Positions 28,976-39,089 of a stretch of DNA of 64,000 nt are shown one piece after another; positions within the stretch are counted from its first letter, which is position 1; every line of letters begins with the position of its first letter. Below the pieces are notes generated by a model that saw nothing but the letters and a program-made list of their open reading frames with translations, ran no database searches and was not told where the DNA came from. Made by a program: the position numbers and the translations under genes. The DNA is taken from contig JBFWLW010000011.1 of the NCBI GenBank assembly GCA_050251945.1, positions 1 to 64,000 on the forward strand, read 5' to 3'. Source of the DNA: Deferribacterales bacterium (GTDB lineage: Bacteria > Chrysiogenota > Deferribacteres > Deferribacterales > Geovibrionaceae).

Positions 28976-29365
28976 TTTTACCTTAACTTCTATCTGGTGG
29001 CACCAGTTGCAGTGCATTTTTGCTTTGGGTGCTTTGTGTACGGTGTGGCACACTGTACATCTGACGGGTCCCTGGTGGGAATCGTGCATGTTGAATTCGC
29101 GCTCTTTGCCTGAGTTGATATAGGTGCGCATTTCACCTGTATAGTTTCCGTTGCCGGAATCGTGGCATTTGATGCATGCGCTGTGACGGGGCATTTTTGT
29201 GGGTTTGTCCGTCCCGTGACAGTCGATACATTTAAGCCCTGCCTCTTTGTGTTTGAGGGTGGACACTATCTCTTTGCCGGCAGCAGATGAAACTCCTGCG
29301 AAAGCGAAGAACATGCACACAGCAAAAACTGCTGTTGTGAGTATGTAAAATTTTCTGGACATCAT
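28973..29365 (-). CDS. Periplasmic tetraheme cytochrome c, module 2
   Basis: Signal peptide; CIDCH, CIKCH, CTVCH, CNWCH. Confidence 0.92.
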   Translation of the reverse strand: MMSRKFYILTTAVFAVCMFFAFAGVSSAAGKEIVSTLKHKEAGLKCIDCHGTDKPTKMPRHSACIKCHDSGNGNYTGEMRTYINSGKEREFNMHDSHQGPVRCTVCHTVHKAPKAKMHCNWCHQIEVKVK

Positions 29366-29373
29366 GCTGCTCC

Positions 29374-30942
29374 TTATCTTCCTAATTCGTTTTTAATTAT
29401 GTTCTGTGCTGCCAGTCTGCCTGATGTGAGTGCGAAACCGCTTGCAGAACCTTCAACGAGCAGGTCATATGAGCTGTCGTAAAGTCCGCCCATGTCCTGA
29501 CCTGTGACATACAGACCTTTAACGGGTTGACCGTGAGTTGTGAGAGCCTGAAACTCGGTATTGATCTTAACACCGCCGAGAGTAAGGAAGAATGCACGGA
29601 TACCTTTCAGGGCATAGTAGGGACCTTGATCCTGAAAAGCGACGATATGTTCAGGCTTGCGTCCCCATTCAGGGTCTTTTTTCTCAGAGGCGTATTTGTT
29701 TACACTGGCAACGCTCTTTTTAAGGTGGCTGACATCTACGCCGATTTTTTTGGCGAGTTCTTCAAGAGTATTGGCTTTGAAGGCATAACCCTGTTCGATA
29801 CCGGTTTGTATGCCTTGATCCAGTTCTGTCATTTTCTGACCGACAACTACGATAGCGTTGAAAGGTATCAACGGACCGCTGTTGATCATTCTCTGTTTCA
29901 TGCTCTCGTCAAATACGCTGTACATAACGCCGCCGTTTGATGTCATGGCGTTATAAACGTTTGTGAAACTTGAACCTTGAGATTCGTTATAGAAGCGGTC
30001 GCCTGTCTGGTTAACCCAGAGGAAAGGCTGGCTGAGAGCCGCTCTTGTCTGTTTCAGGGAGTCTGAACCGTTAAACTGGAATATCAGCGGAAGGTGTTTG
30101 TCATCAAGATAAGGACTGTTTCCTGCAACAGTCTGCATGCCTGCAAGTCCTGCGCCAACAGTTTTTGCCATGTTGATACCGTCGCCTTCACGTCCGTCAA
30201 GAACGGGGCCTCTATAGAAGATAGGTTCATACATGCCTTCGCCGCTGCTGTCTGTTACATACTGCGCGAGCATTTTTTTGTTGCTTTCAAAACCGCCTGT
30301 TGCAAGGATTACGCCGCCTTTGGCTTTAACTTCATATTTGTCGCCGTATGCGGTGTCAGTGGCGTATACACCTATGACGCGTCCTGATTTATCAGTCATA
30401 AGTTTTGTTACGGGAGTTTCAAGGAATATCTTGCCGCCTTTTGCATAAATTTCTTTTTGCATGGCTCTTACAACGCTTGCGCCGTTATGTTTATAGCAGT
30501 GCCATACGTGGAGTGATTTTTCTTCAGGGAAAGTTGTTTTGATACCTTTGAACTCAACCCCCATATCCTCGATGCGGTCTATGGTTTCGCCTGAGTTTTC
30601 AAGCAGGGTTCTGATAACCGCCGCGTTTGCACGCCAGTGGTGAAAATCTATCGCGGCGCTGAATACCTTATCTACGCTTGTGTCATACCCTGCTCTTGCC
30701 TGCATTTTCGTTCCGACCCCTGTTGAACCTTCGGGGTAGTTGCCTGCGCCGCCAAGACCGGGCAGTTTTTCAAAAACGATGACCGAAGCGCCTCCGCGCA
30801 CAGCTGTCAATGCGGCGGAGAGACCGGAAAAACCGCCTCCGACAACAACGATGTCAGCCGTCAGCTTTTGCACTGCAAACGCATTTGGAACTGCGAATGC
30901 GAGCAGAGCGCACACCATGATAACTTTGTTAAGCAATCTCAT
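29374..30942 (-). CDS. Periplasmic FAD-dependent oxidoreductase (flavocytochrome c flavin subunit), module 2
   Basis: Sec-type signal, VVVGGGFSG, ILATGGF and TLGGVKIN motifs. Confidence 0.9.
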   Translation of the reverse strand: MRLLNKVIMVCALLAFAVPNAFAVQKLTADIVVVGGGFSGLSAALTAVRGGASVIVFEKLPGLGGAGNYPEGSTGVGTKMQARAGYDTSVDKVFSAAIDFHHWRANAAVIRTLLENSGETIDRIEDMGVEFKGIKTTFPEEKSLHVWHCYKHNGASVVRAMQKEIYAKGGKIFLETPVTKLMTDKSGRVIGVYATDTAYGDKYEVKAKGGVILATGGFESNKKMLAQYVTDSSGEGMYEPIFYRGPVLDGREGDGINMAKTVGAGLAGMQTVAGNSPYLDDKHLPLIFQFNGSDSLKQTRAALSQPFLWVNQTGDRFYNESQGSSFTNVYNAMTSNGGVMYSVFDESMKQRMINSGPLIPFNAIVVVGQKMTELDQGIQTGIEQGYAFKANTLEELAKKIGVDVSHLKKSVASVNKYASEKKDPEWGRKPEHIVAFQDQGPYYALKGIRAFFLTLGGVKINTEFQALTTHGQPVKGLYVTGQDMGGLYDSSYDLLVEGSASGFALTSGRLAAQNIIKNELGR

Positions 30943-31018
30943 TGCTTCCTCCTTAAAAAATTAATACGAGACCTTACGGAAAAGTATTGAATCCGCAGTC
31001 TGTCATAACTTCTATTAC

Positions 31019-31033
31019 TCAATTAGCGTGCCA
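31019..31033 (-). promoter_or_regulatory. Sigma54 (-24/-12) promoter of the flavoprotein-cytochrome pair
   Basis: Minus strand TGGCAC-GCTAA-TTGA, next to a sigma54 activator gene. Confidence 0.7.
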
Positions 31034-31315
31034 TATAATTCAGATACACGATTTTTGATTGTTATTAGATTGTTATGTTTTCGGGACATGTTGCGGCGGC
31101 TGTTTCGTGAGGTTTCGTGAGACACTGTGTCTCATGAATTGTGTTTCAAAACGACCGGATGCTAAGTATTATGATACAATTCAGCTTTATCAATAATGAT
31201 TTAAGCGGATTAATGTAGTGGAATAGAATAGTGGGGTGTGGTATACTTTACTCATCAAAACAAAGTAGTCCGGCAGGACGTGTTGAAGCTCAATTCTTAT
31301 AGAGGATAGTATGCC

Positions 31316-34300
31316 ATGCAAATGAGAAGCCTCAAAACAAAGTTTATTTTTAGTGTATTACTCATATTTTTTCTTATTTTTCCCGCGTTTACTTATATGG
31401 GTATCTGGTATTTCAAATATAATGCGAAAAAATCTGTTCAGGCTCAGCAGTATGAGCTTGTGGCAAAACTTGCCGACGAGATAAACACGAAGCTTATAAT
31501 TCTGACAAGGGTTCTGAAAAGTTCGGCGGACAATATAACGGAAGATACGTTCAAAGATCACGCGTCTGCCGACAATTATATTAAAAAGCATATCTCGCTG
31601 AACGCGGTGTTTGACGATAATATTATGCTGTTCAACGCGAACGGGCAGCTGCTTTCTGAATCGGGCGACAACAGCCCCGAAAGGATAATGATGAGTTTTC
31701 TCTGGCGCGATTACATTAAAGTGCCGAAAGAAACACGTAAACTTTATATCTCCGCCCCGCTCAGAGCCACTGCCAGCACAAAGCTTACGGATCCCATGGT
31801 TGTGATTGCCGCTCCGGTCATCATTGACGGGGAACTGAAAGGATTCATAACCGGTTCTGTGAACCTGTACAGGAAAAACATATTCAATAACAACGAGTTC
31901 AGTCATCTCAACAATGACGGCTGGATATATCTGGTTGATGCGAATTCAAACGTAATAATGCACCCCGACAGGAGTAAAATATCGGGTAAGGCGGACACCA
32001 TAGAAAACCCGCTTATCTGGGACATGATCAAACTTGGTTCGGGGAGCATAGAATATAAGGATGGAAAAAAACAGATCATTCAGGCTTCATTCAGCAGAAT
32101 TCCGGTTGCCGGATGGACAGTTATAGCGAATTACAAGTCGGATAACATTTTTAAGCATATATACATGGCGGAGTCCACCCTCGTCTTTTTTGTCATAGCG
32201 GGGGCTTTCATAGTTTTTTTCATGCTCTCGTTCGTTATAAGGAATCTGGTGAACCCTCTCGTATCTTTGAAACAGCAGGTTGACAGCCTCCTCCATGACC
32301 CGGAGGCTGGCGGGCTTATAAAAGTGGACTCCAACGACGAGGTTATGGAGACCGCCAATGCCATTAACAGACTGCTGATGCAGATAAACAGCAGCAAACA
32401 GGAGCTTAAAAGCAGTAATGACCTGCTGCAGACCGTTTGTGACTTTTCAACCGACTGGGTCTATTGGGTTAACGATCACGGACAGCTCATATACATTTCT
32501 CCCGCCGCCGAAGAGATAACAGGCTACACGAAAGAGGAGCTTTCTGATTATCCGTCTTTCTATGAAAAGCTTATCCATCCCGACGATTATGAAAAATGGC
32601 TGAAGACCGAGCAATCCGCCAGATTGTCCCATGAGGCGGTCAAAACCGATATCAGGATAATCTGTAAAGACGGTTGTATCAGATGGCTGAGCAATAACTG
32701 CAAAGGGATATTTGATAACGGCAGATTCATCGGTATGCGCGGTGCGTATACCGACATAACCAACGCCAGAACCGCCGAGGAGAAACTTATTTCAAACGAG
32801 CGGAAATACAGGGTGCTTATCAAAAATTCCAACGCACCGATAGTGCTTACCGATGAGGAATTTAATATCACTGAGTATAACGAAAAAGCCTATTCTCTTC
32901 TGACCTGTGCATGCGGTTCGTCTGTATTCAGTCATCTCAACGTCAGTAAAGAGCGCGTTGCCGAGCAGTTAAAGGCTAACCCGAAGGAACAAAGGGTTGA
33001 GGCGGAATCGGATATGATAATTTTCGGCAACATATATCATTATCTCTGGCATATCAATATTCTGTCATACAAGGAACACGGTGTGTCCGGTTACATGATA
33101 GTCGGAACCGATATCACCGGCAAAATGAAAAGGAACGAAGAGCTCAGCCGTATGGCGATAAAAACGGAGATTACCAAATATGTCAGGCACATGGAGGCAA
33201 TCATAAAAAGCGTTTCGGAAGGCATCCTTTCGTTTGACAAAAACGGATGCATGACATGTTTCAACAGCAGTGCAGGAGAGCTTTTCGGACTGGAAAACGA
33301 GGACATCGGGAAGCCGATGGAGAATATAAACGAATTTTTCGCATCAACCCTTATCCATCCGGTTAAAAAAGCATCCAGAACAGGCGCTCCCATGAATACC
33401 GTGATGGCTGAATATTCAAAAGATGAGCATACTCGCCAGCTCCGGCTGAACATAACCCCTCTGCTTGATAACGATGGAAAGAATTTCGGTATTCTTGTCG
33501 TCGTGTCGGACGAGACCGTTTCCTCTGCAGGTTCTTTGAGCAGCAGTTTTGAAAATATGATAGGAAAGAGCGCAAATATGATGAATCTGTTCGGAATGAT
33601 GCACTCTCTGGCTGATGTCGACTCAACCGTGCTGATATTGGGTGAGAGCGGCACCGGTAAAGAGCTTGTAGCCTGCGGAATCCACGAGGCAGGCAATCGC
33701 AAGGACAAACCCTTTATAAAGCTCAACTGCTCGGCAATACCTGAAAACCTTCTTGAGAGCGAGCTTTTCGGGCATGTCAAAGGGGCGTTCACAGGGGCGT
33801 ATAAGGACAAATCCGGAAAATTTGAAGCGGCAGACGGAGGAACAATATTTCTTGACGAGATAGGTGATATCTCACCCAACGTTCAGGTGCGGCTTCTCCG
33901 GGTTTTGCAGGAAAAGGAGATAGAGGTCATAGGAAAGAACGACCCCGTTAAGGTTGACGTGCGGGTTATTGCAGCCACAAACAGAGATCTCAGGGATATG
34001 GTTTCAAAAGGACAGTTTCGCGAAGACCTGTATTACAGGCTTAAAGTTGTCACCGTTAACGTTCCGCCGCTGCGGGAGAGAAAAGAGGATATAATTCCTT
34101 TGGCATCATCGTTCGTTGAACGATTTAACCGTAAGCTCGGAAAGAGTATAGTGGATATGACGGACGATGTTAAAAAGATGCTGACGGAACACGACTGGCC
34201 GGGCAACGTCCGTGAGCTTGAACATATTATAGAATACGCCTGCCTCATGGCGGGAACGTCTTTTCTGACGAGAAGCAATCTGCCTGCCGATTTCACCGGA

Positions 34301-34450
34301 AGCAGACCGCAAACGTCCGATGAAGAGAGGGATATGATAATTAAAGCCCTTGATGAAGCGAAAGGGTATAAAGCCAAAGCGGCGCGTATCCTGAAAATGG
34401 GCAGAGCAACGCTTTACAGAAAATTGCAGGAATACAATATCGAGTATTAA
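31316..34450 (+). CDS. Membrane-anchored sigma54 enhancer-binding protein (Cache-HAMP-PAS-AAA+-HTH)
   Basis: Two TM helices around a Cache-like domain, PAS domains, GESGTGKE, GAFTGA and a Fis-type HTH. Confidence 0.92.
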   Translation: MQMRSLKTKFIFSVLLIFFLIFPAFTYMGIWYFKYNAKKSVQAQQYELVAKLADEINTKLIILTRVLKSSADNITEDTFKDHASADNYIKKHISLNAVFDDNIMLFNANGQLLSESGDNSPERIMMSFLWRDYIKVPKETRKLYISAPLRATASTKLTDPMVVIAAPVIIDGELKGFITGSVNLYRKNIFNNNEFSHLNNDGWIYLVDANSNVIMHPDRSKISGKADTIENPLIWDMIKLGSGSIEYKDGKKQIIQASFSRIPVAGWTVIANYKSDNIFKHIYMAESTLVFFVIAGAFIVFFMLSFVIRNLVNPLVSLKQQVDSLLHDPEAGGLIKVDSNDEVMETANAINRLLMQINSSKQELKSSNDLLQTVCDFSTDWVYWVNDHGQLIYISPAAEEITGYTKEELSDYPSFYEKLIHPDDYEKWLKTEQSARLSHEAVKTDIRIICKDGCIRWLSNNCKGIFDNGRFIGMRGAYTDITNARTAEEKLISNERKYRVLIKNSNAPIVLTDEEFNITEYNEKAYSLLTCACGSSVFSHLNVSKERVAEQLKANPKEQRVEAESDMIIFGNIYHYLWHINILSYKEHGVSGYMIVGTDITGKMKRNEELSRMAIKTEITKYVRHMEAIIKSVSEGILSFDKNGCMTCFNSSAGELFGLENEDIGKPMENINEFFASTLIHPVKKASRTGAPMNTVMAEYSKDEHTRQLRLNITPLLDNDGKNFGILVVVSDETVSSAGSLSSSFENMIGKSANMMNLFGMMHSLADVDSTVLILGESGTGKELVACGIHEAGNRKDKPFIKLNCSAIPENLLESELFGHVKGAFTGAYKDKSGKFEAADGGTIFLDEIGDISPNVQVRLLRVLQEKEIEVIGKNDPVKVDVRVIAATNRDLRDMVSKGQFREDLYYRLKVVTVNVPPLRERKEDIIPLASSFVERFNRKLGKSIVDMTDDVKKMLTEHDWPGNVRELEHIIEYACLMAGTSFLTRSNLPADFTGSRPQTSDEERDMIIKALDEAKGYKAKAARILKMGRATLYRKLQEYNIEY

Positions 34451-34552
34451 GACACTTCGTGTGAGACATCCTGTATCGTCAAAACAAGGGATAATCGTGT
34501 GTCTCATTTGATATTGTCTTTATTTACAGTGCCTTATCGTTGAAGATAATGA

Positions 34553-34567
34553 TGGCACGCTTCTTGA
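34553..34567 (+). promoter_or_regulatory. Sigma54 (-24/-12) promoter of the porin-MFS pair
   Basis: TGGCAC-GCTTC-TTGA, near-identical to the site at 31019..31033. Confidence 0.7.
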
Positions 34568-34605
34568 GTATAGACTTTACATATTTCTTACTTAAGGAGA
34601 GTGCC

Positions 34606-35847
34606 ATGTACTTTAGAAAAATACCGGTTTTAATCGGTTCTCTTGCGATCCTGACAACCTCCACGTGCTTCGCGGCTGATAATCTTAAAGATATGTTCAG
34701 TCAGGGCAGTGTCAGCGGGGAACTCAGGTCATTCTATTATGACAGGGATTTTGACGGTGATCAGACGGAAAGGGAAGACTATGCCACGGGCGGACTGTTC
34801 GGCTACAAATCCGCCGCGCTTAAAGGCGTCAGCTTCGGATTGACATTCGCAACGGCGAACGATACCGGAAGCAGCGACAGCAAAGCGGTTTACGGTCTTC
34901 TGGCAAAGGACGGCAGCGGGAACCACGACAGTGTGACAAGGATTCAGGAAGCATACGTTCAGGGTCAGTGGTTTGACACCACTATAAAATACGGCGGTCA
35001 GATGCTCAACACCCCGTTTATGAACGGAAACGATATCCGTCTTCTTCCTAAATCATATAAAGGAGCATCAGTTATCAATAAGAGCATAAATAATCTTGAG
35101 CTTCAGGGTTATTATGTGACCGGATATATGGGCTGGGCAGACGACGACTATATGGATATGTCTGAATCTGTAAACACTGCTGCGGACGATAATAATCCGA
35201 TGCTGATAGGCGGTGCGAAATATAAACTCCCCGTCAGTGCACTTGATGCGTCTGTCGAGGGCTGGGTCTACAGTATGTCCGACGTTATGGACATGACCTA
35301 CTATAAATTTACGGCGGCAAAACAGCTCGGCAACTATAAATTCAGCGTTACCCCCACTTATTTTAAACAGAAATCCAAAGGCGACGAACTGGGCGGCGAG
35401 CTTGACAGTGACCAGCTTGGTTTGGTTGCAGGTGCTTCCGCATACGGCGTTTCACTTAACGCTTTTTATGCCAAAACAGGCGACACAGACCTTTTAACTC
35501 CGTGGGGTGACAGCCGCGTCATAAATCAGCAGGTGCTCGCATCTCAGTATGCCAAAGAAGAGGCTATTGCCGCTATGCTGGGGTATGACTTCGGACAGCT
35601 TGGTGTTAAAGGACTTTCCGCATATGTTTTCTACGGTGTTTACAATGCTCCCGAAATAAGCGGAAAATCCACAGATGCAGACGAGATAGACTATAACGTT
35701 CAATACGATTTCGGTAAAAACTTCGGCGGAATTCTGGACGGATTCAGTGTCAGAGCCAGATACGCAGTTATAGATAACAAAGATTCGGATGATTACACAG
35801 ATACAAGGATATACCTGAAATACTCATTTGCTTTGGCAAGTAAATAA
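34606..35847 (+). CDS. OprD-family outer-membrane porin (paralog of 25997..27229)
   Basis: Shares the AADNLKDMF, LKGVSFG.TFATA, LNTPFMN.DIR.LPK and YMGWADD blocks. Start after AAGGAG. Confidence 0.82.
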   Translation: MYFRKIPVLIGSLAILTTSTCFAADNLKDMFSQGSVSGELRSFYYDRDFDGDQTEREDYATGGLFGYKSAALKGVSFGLTFATANDTGSSDSKAVYGLLAKDGSGNHDSVTRIQEAYVQGQWFDTTIKYGGQMLNTPFMNGNDIRLLPKSYKGASVINKSINNLELQGYYVTGYMGWADDDYMDMSESVNTAADDNNPMLIGGAKYKLPVSALDASVEGWVYSMSDVMDMTYYKFTAAKQLGNYKFSVTPTYFKQKSKGDELGGELDSDQLGLVAGASAYGVSLNAFYAKTGDTDLLTPWGDSRVINQQVLASQYAKEEAIAAMLGYDFGQLGVKGLSAYVFYGVYNAPEISGKSTDADEIDYNVQYDFGKNFGGILDGFSVRARYAVIDNKDSDDYTDTRIYLKYSFALASK

Positions 35848-35919
35848 GCCTCCAAATAGGGGAGGAGGGAACTCTTTACGGGGCGGATACAGCTCATCCG
35901 CCCTTTCAATGGAGATTGT

Positions 35920-37077
35920 ATGAAGGCGGTCATGCTTTTTCTTATCAATTTTTTAATAACGTTCGGTTTTTCCGTCAGCGACGGTCTTTTTTCAGTTATT
36001 TTTAAGGACACTATAGGTAGCGGTATATTTTTAAGCCTTGCCTTCGTTTTCTATTCCGCCTCCAAAATCATATTTTCTCCTTTTGCCGGGCGGATGCTGG
36101 ACAGAGCGGGATCAGAAAGAATATTGCTGTTCTCTCTGGTTTTGTACTCACTGGTTTCCGCCCTTTTCATTTTTTCAGATAATAAAACGGTCATCCTCGC
36201 CGCGCGCATAGTGCAGGGCGGGGCATGCGCCTTTTTTCGTCCGGTTCTGCTCTGCCTCATATCTTCTGAAGCCGGATATTCAAAACTCGGCAGACGTATC
36301 GGACAGTTCGACATCTCTTTCTATCTGGCACTGGCGGCGGGACCTCTTGCCGGAGGTTTTCTGCTTGATCTGTCGGGGAATGCCGGTGTTTTTGCCGCAA
36401 TAGCCGCGTGTTGTGCATTGTCTTTGGTTTTGTTCCTCCTGTCCGCAAAATGCCATGATACGTGTAATGTTGCAAAACAGCACAGGATCACTGACGAATC
36501 GCCCGCCGCCAACCCCTCCCTGAACGGGCTGCTTGTGTACATATTCTTTAAGGCATGGGGCATATCGGCAATATGCATGTATCTGCCTCTGTTTATGCAT
36601 GCGGAAGGCTTCTCCGCGTCGCATATCGGTTTTATCGTGGGGATACCGCCGCTTATCATGGCTTCATTCCTGATATTCACAGGCAGGCTTGCGGACGTTT
36701 TCAGAAAGCATAATATGATATTCGCAGGCGGAGCCGCGGCTTCTCTGGCATATCTTTGCCTGCCGCTCGCGTCCGATATGGCTTCGATACTGGTTGTAAT
36801 AACCGCCAGCGGCATTGCAGGCGCAATATCTCAGCCTGCCGGATCAGCTCTTCTTCTTGAAAGTTCGCCGGAGGGGCGCACAGGACGGACCATATGTCTT
36901 TTTAACACTGTGATGGGGCTTGGTTTTTCCATCAGCCCACTTGTGAACGGGATATTACTTAAACTTGTCGGAGTGGGGAATATCTTTGTCATTTCAGGTC
37001 TTTTAGGTCTCACATCTTCCATCTATTTCATTCTGAGCAGTGGACAGACTGTCGGCAATGCGGCTCAGTGCGATTAG
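35920..37077 (+). CDS. MFS transporter, module 2
   Basis: GRMLDRAG motif A; shares FRPV, FDxSFY and SQPA with the other two MFS proteins. Confidence 0.9.
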   Translation: MKAVMLFLINFLITFGFSVSDGLFSVIFKDTIGSGIFLSLAFVFYSASKIIFSPFAGRMLDRAGSERILLFSLVLYSLVSALFIFSDNKTVILAARIVQGGACAFFRPVLLCLISSEAGYSKLGRRIGQFDISFYLALAAGPLAGGFLLDLSGNAGVFAAIAACCALSLVLFLLSAKCHDTCNVAKQHRITDESPAANPSLNGLLVYIFFKAWGISAICMYLPLFMHAEGFSASHIGFIVGIPPLIMASFLIFTGRLADVFRKHNMIFAGGAAASLAYLCLPLASDMASILVVITASGIAGAISQPAGSALLLESSPEGRTGRTICLFNTVMGLGFSISPLVNGILLKLVGVGNIFVISGLLGLTSSIYFILSSGQTVGNAAQCD

Positions 37078-37158
37078 TCACAATAACCATTTTTGAGGTT
37101 TGATCAGATACTTTTCCATATGGTACAATAAGATAATATATCATTCAGGAGTTGTATT

Positions 37159-37560
37159 ATGTCGATCATGCAGGAATTCAGAAAATTTGCCATGCGCGGC
37201 AACGTCGTTGATATGGCAGTCGGTATTATCATCGGCGGGGCTTTCGGTAAGATAGTTTCCAGCTTTGTTGCGGATGTGCTTATGCCGCCCATCGGGCTTC
37301 TTCTCGGCAATGCCAGTTTCAGCGAACTTGCAATAACGCTGAAAGAAGCCGCCGGCGAACAGGCGGCCGTAACGCTTAATTACGGAGCTTTTATTCAGAC
37401 GGTGCTTGATTTTGTGATAATGGCTTTTGCTGTGTTTATGCTTGTAAAGGCGATGAACAGCATGAAAAAGAAAGAAGAGGAAGCACCTGCTGCGCCGCCG
37501 GCACCCGGAAAAGAGGAAGTTCTCCTCACGGAGATCAGAGATATTCTTAAGAGTAAATGA
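37159..37560 (+). CDS. mscL: Large-conductance mechanosensitive channel
   Basis: [28 protein letters not shown] and LLTEIRDIL. Confidence 0.97.
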   Translation: MSIMQEFRKFAMRGNVVDMAVGIIIGGAFGKIVSSFVADVLMPPIGLLLGNASFSELAITLKEAAGEQAAVTLNYGAFIQTVLDFVIMAFAVFMLVKAMNSMKKKEEEAPAAPPAPGKEEVLLTEIRDILKSK

Positions 37561-37720
37561 TAAAGTATCAGCGGCAACCGTTTCCCCCCAAAGGCTAGTC
37601 CCCTTAGCGGCGCCGCTGATAATCCTGATGCTGACTCTCAGGTATGACGTACTAAAACATTTTTAACATTTGCTAGGTAAAGCGAAGGTAATGAACTACA
37701 TGATTTACAGTAGTTTTTTT

Positions 37721-37746
37721 AAAGGGCGGCATGCGAACCGCCCTTT
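37721..37746. terminator. Intrinsic terminator at the end of the dms-like operon
   Basis: AAAGGGCGG-CATGCGAA-CCGCCCTTT hairpin. Confidence 0.7.
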
Positions 37747-37752
37747 ATTCCA

Positions 37753-38406
37753 TCACCTACAGGACAAACCGGTCAGCGCTTCTTTAACGGCGCCTCGCAG
37801 CATTTGTGCAATTCCTTTATAAAAATCCGTAACGGAGCTTTCAATCATATTGTCAGTAAATTCCTCCACCCATGCCGAAGGGTGTTCTTTAAGAAATGAG
37901 ACTATCTCCTCTTTTTCAGCGGTGAAATCTTCCGTTGCCGCGGCTGCCGCGCAGAGATAGTTCAGGTATGCGCACTCGAACGCGATATGGTCGTCGGGTT
38001 CCTTGTGGAGATTATTTATTTCAAGTCCGAATTTTCTGTATCTTCCGCGGACTTTCAGCGTAGCTTCGCCGAATATTGTTTTATCCTGCTCTTTGTAAAC
38101 GGATTCCCAAGGAGGCGCGAACAGGTGTCCGGGACCGATGAAAAGTCTGTTGAAATTTCCAAGAAGTTCGGTGAAATCTTCATCCTTATAGTTTTTAAGA
38201 TAGCTTTTCAGCAGTTCAAGTCCTTTTTTTGACTCTTCGCTGCCGGAAAAGCACCATTCGTCAAAGAGCGCCGCATTCTCTTTAACTGTGTTGATATATT
38301 CCCTTTCGGGTGCATCCAGCAGAACTTTGTTGAAAAAACTGAAAGCCGCCATCGCTTCCAGATATTTTTCGCTGTCTGCAAATGCTCTGTTTTCTGTAGT
38401 GTTCAT
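37753..38406 (-). CDS. dmsD: TorD/DmsD-family molybdoenzyme chaperone
   Basis: RLFIGPG..APPWESVY and EPDDHIAFE motifs. Confidence 0.88.
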   Translation of the reverse strand: MNTTENRAFADSEKYLEAMAAFSFFNKVLLDAPEREYINTVKENAALFDEWCFSGSEESKKGLELLKSYLKNYKDEDFTELLGNFNRLFIGPGHLFAPPWESVYKEQDKTIFGEATLKVRGRYRKFGLEINNLHKEPDDHIAFECAYLNYLCAAAAATEDFTAEKEEIVSFLKEHPSAWVEEFTDNMIESSVTDFYKGIAQMLRGAVKEALTGLSCR

Positions 38407-38464
38407 AGTTCTATCCTTTAGGTGTTGGGAGGGCAGGGGTTTTGAAGCCCCTGCCTGATGCGTT

Positions 38465-39079
38465 TTAGAATACTTCTTCCTTGTTCATGACAACAGTGCC
38501 GGATGACGCGTCTTTATGGAGCTTAAAGACGGCATTGGGTTTGGTTGTTGTCGGGAAGGATGCCACGGTGTTTGCATCACCGTATTTTGCTTTCAGCTCC
38601 TCAATCTCGCCGAAGTCGAGTGCCCTTGAGGGGCATGCTTTGACACATGCGGGATCGGGGATGCCGCTGGAATCTTTCTCATCGGAACACATGATACATT
38701 TTTTCATATGCTCTGCTTCATAGTCGTACACCGGAGCGGTGTAGGGGCATACTTTCTGGCATCCGAAACAGGAGATACATTTGGATGCATCGTAAACGAC
38801 GATTCCGTCTGCATCTCTTTTAGTGTATGCGCCAACTGGGCATACGTTAAGGCATGCCGGATTATCGCACTGGTTGCATGACATGGAGACATAAAAGGCG
38901 AACACGTTCTTGCTGAAAGCGTCCGTGTCCGTGCTGCTCCATGTGCCGCCGGAGTATTCGTAAACCTTTCTGAATTTTTCTCCGGAGTTGAGGTTCTGTC
39001 TGTCCTTACAGGCGACAAAGCACGCTTTGCATCCTGTACAGTGTTTGGTGTCTATGTAAAATCCGTACTGTTTGCTCAT
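38465..39079 (-). CDS. dmsB: DMSO-reductase-family Fe-S subunit
   Basis: YGFYIDTKHCTGCKACFVACK, SCNQCDNPACLNVCP and PACVKACP (four 4Fe-4S motifs). Confidence 0.9.
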   Translation of the reverse strand: MSKQYGFYIDTKHCTGCKACFVACKDRQNLNSGEKFRKVYEYSGGTWSSTDTDAFSKNVFAFYVSMSCNQCDNPACLNVCPVGAYTKRDADGIVVYDASKCISCFGCQKVCPYTAPVYDYEAEHMKKCIMCSDEKDSSGIPDPACVKACPSRALDFGEIEELKAKYGDANTVASFPTTTKPNAVFKLHKDASSGTVVMNKEEVF

Positions 39080-39089
39080 GTTATCCTCC

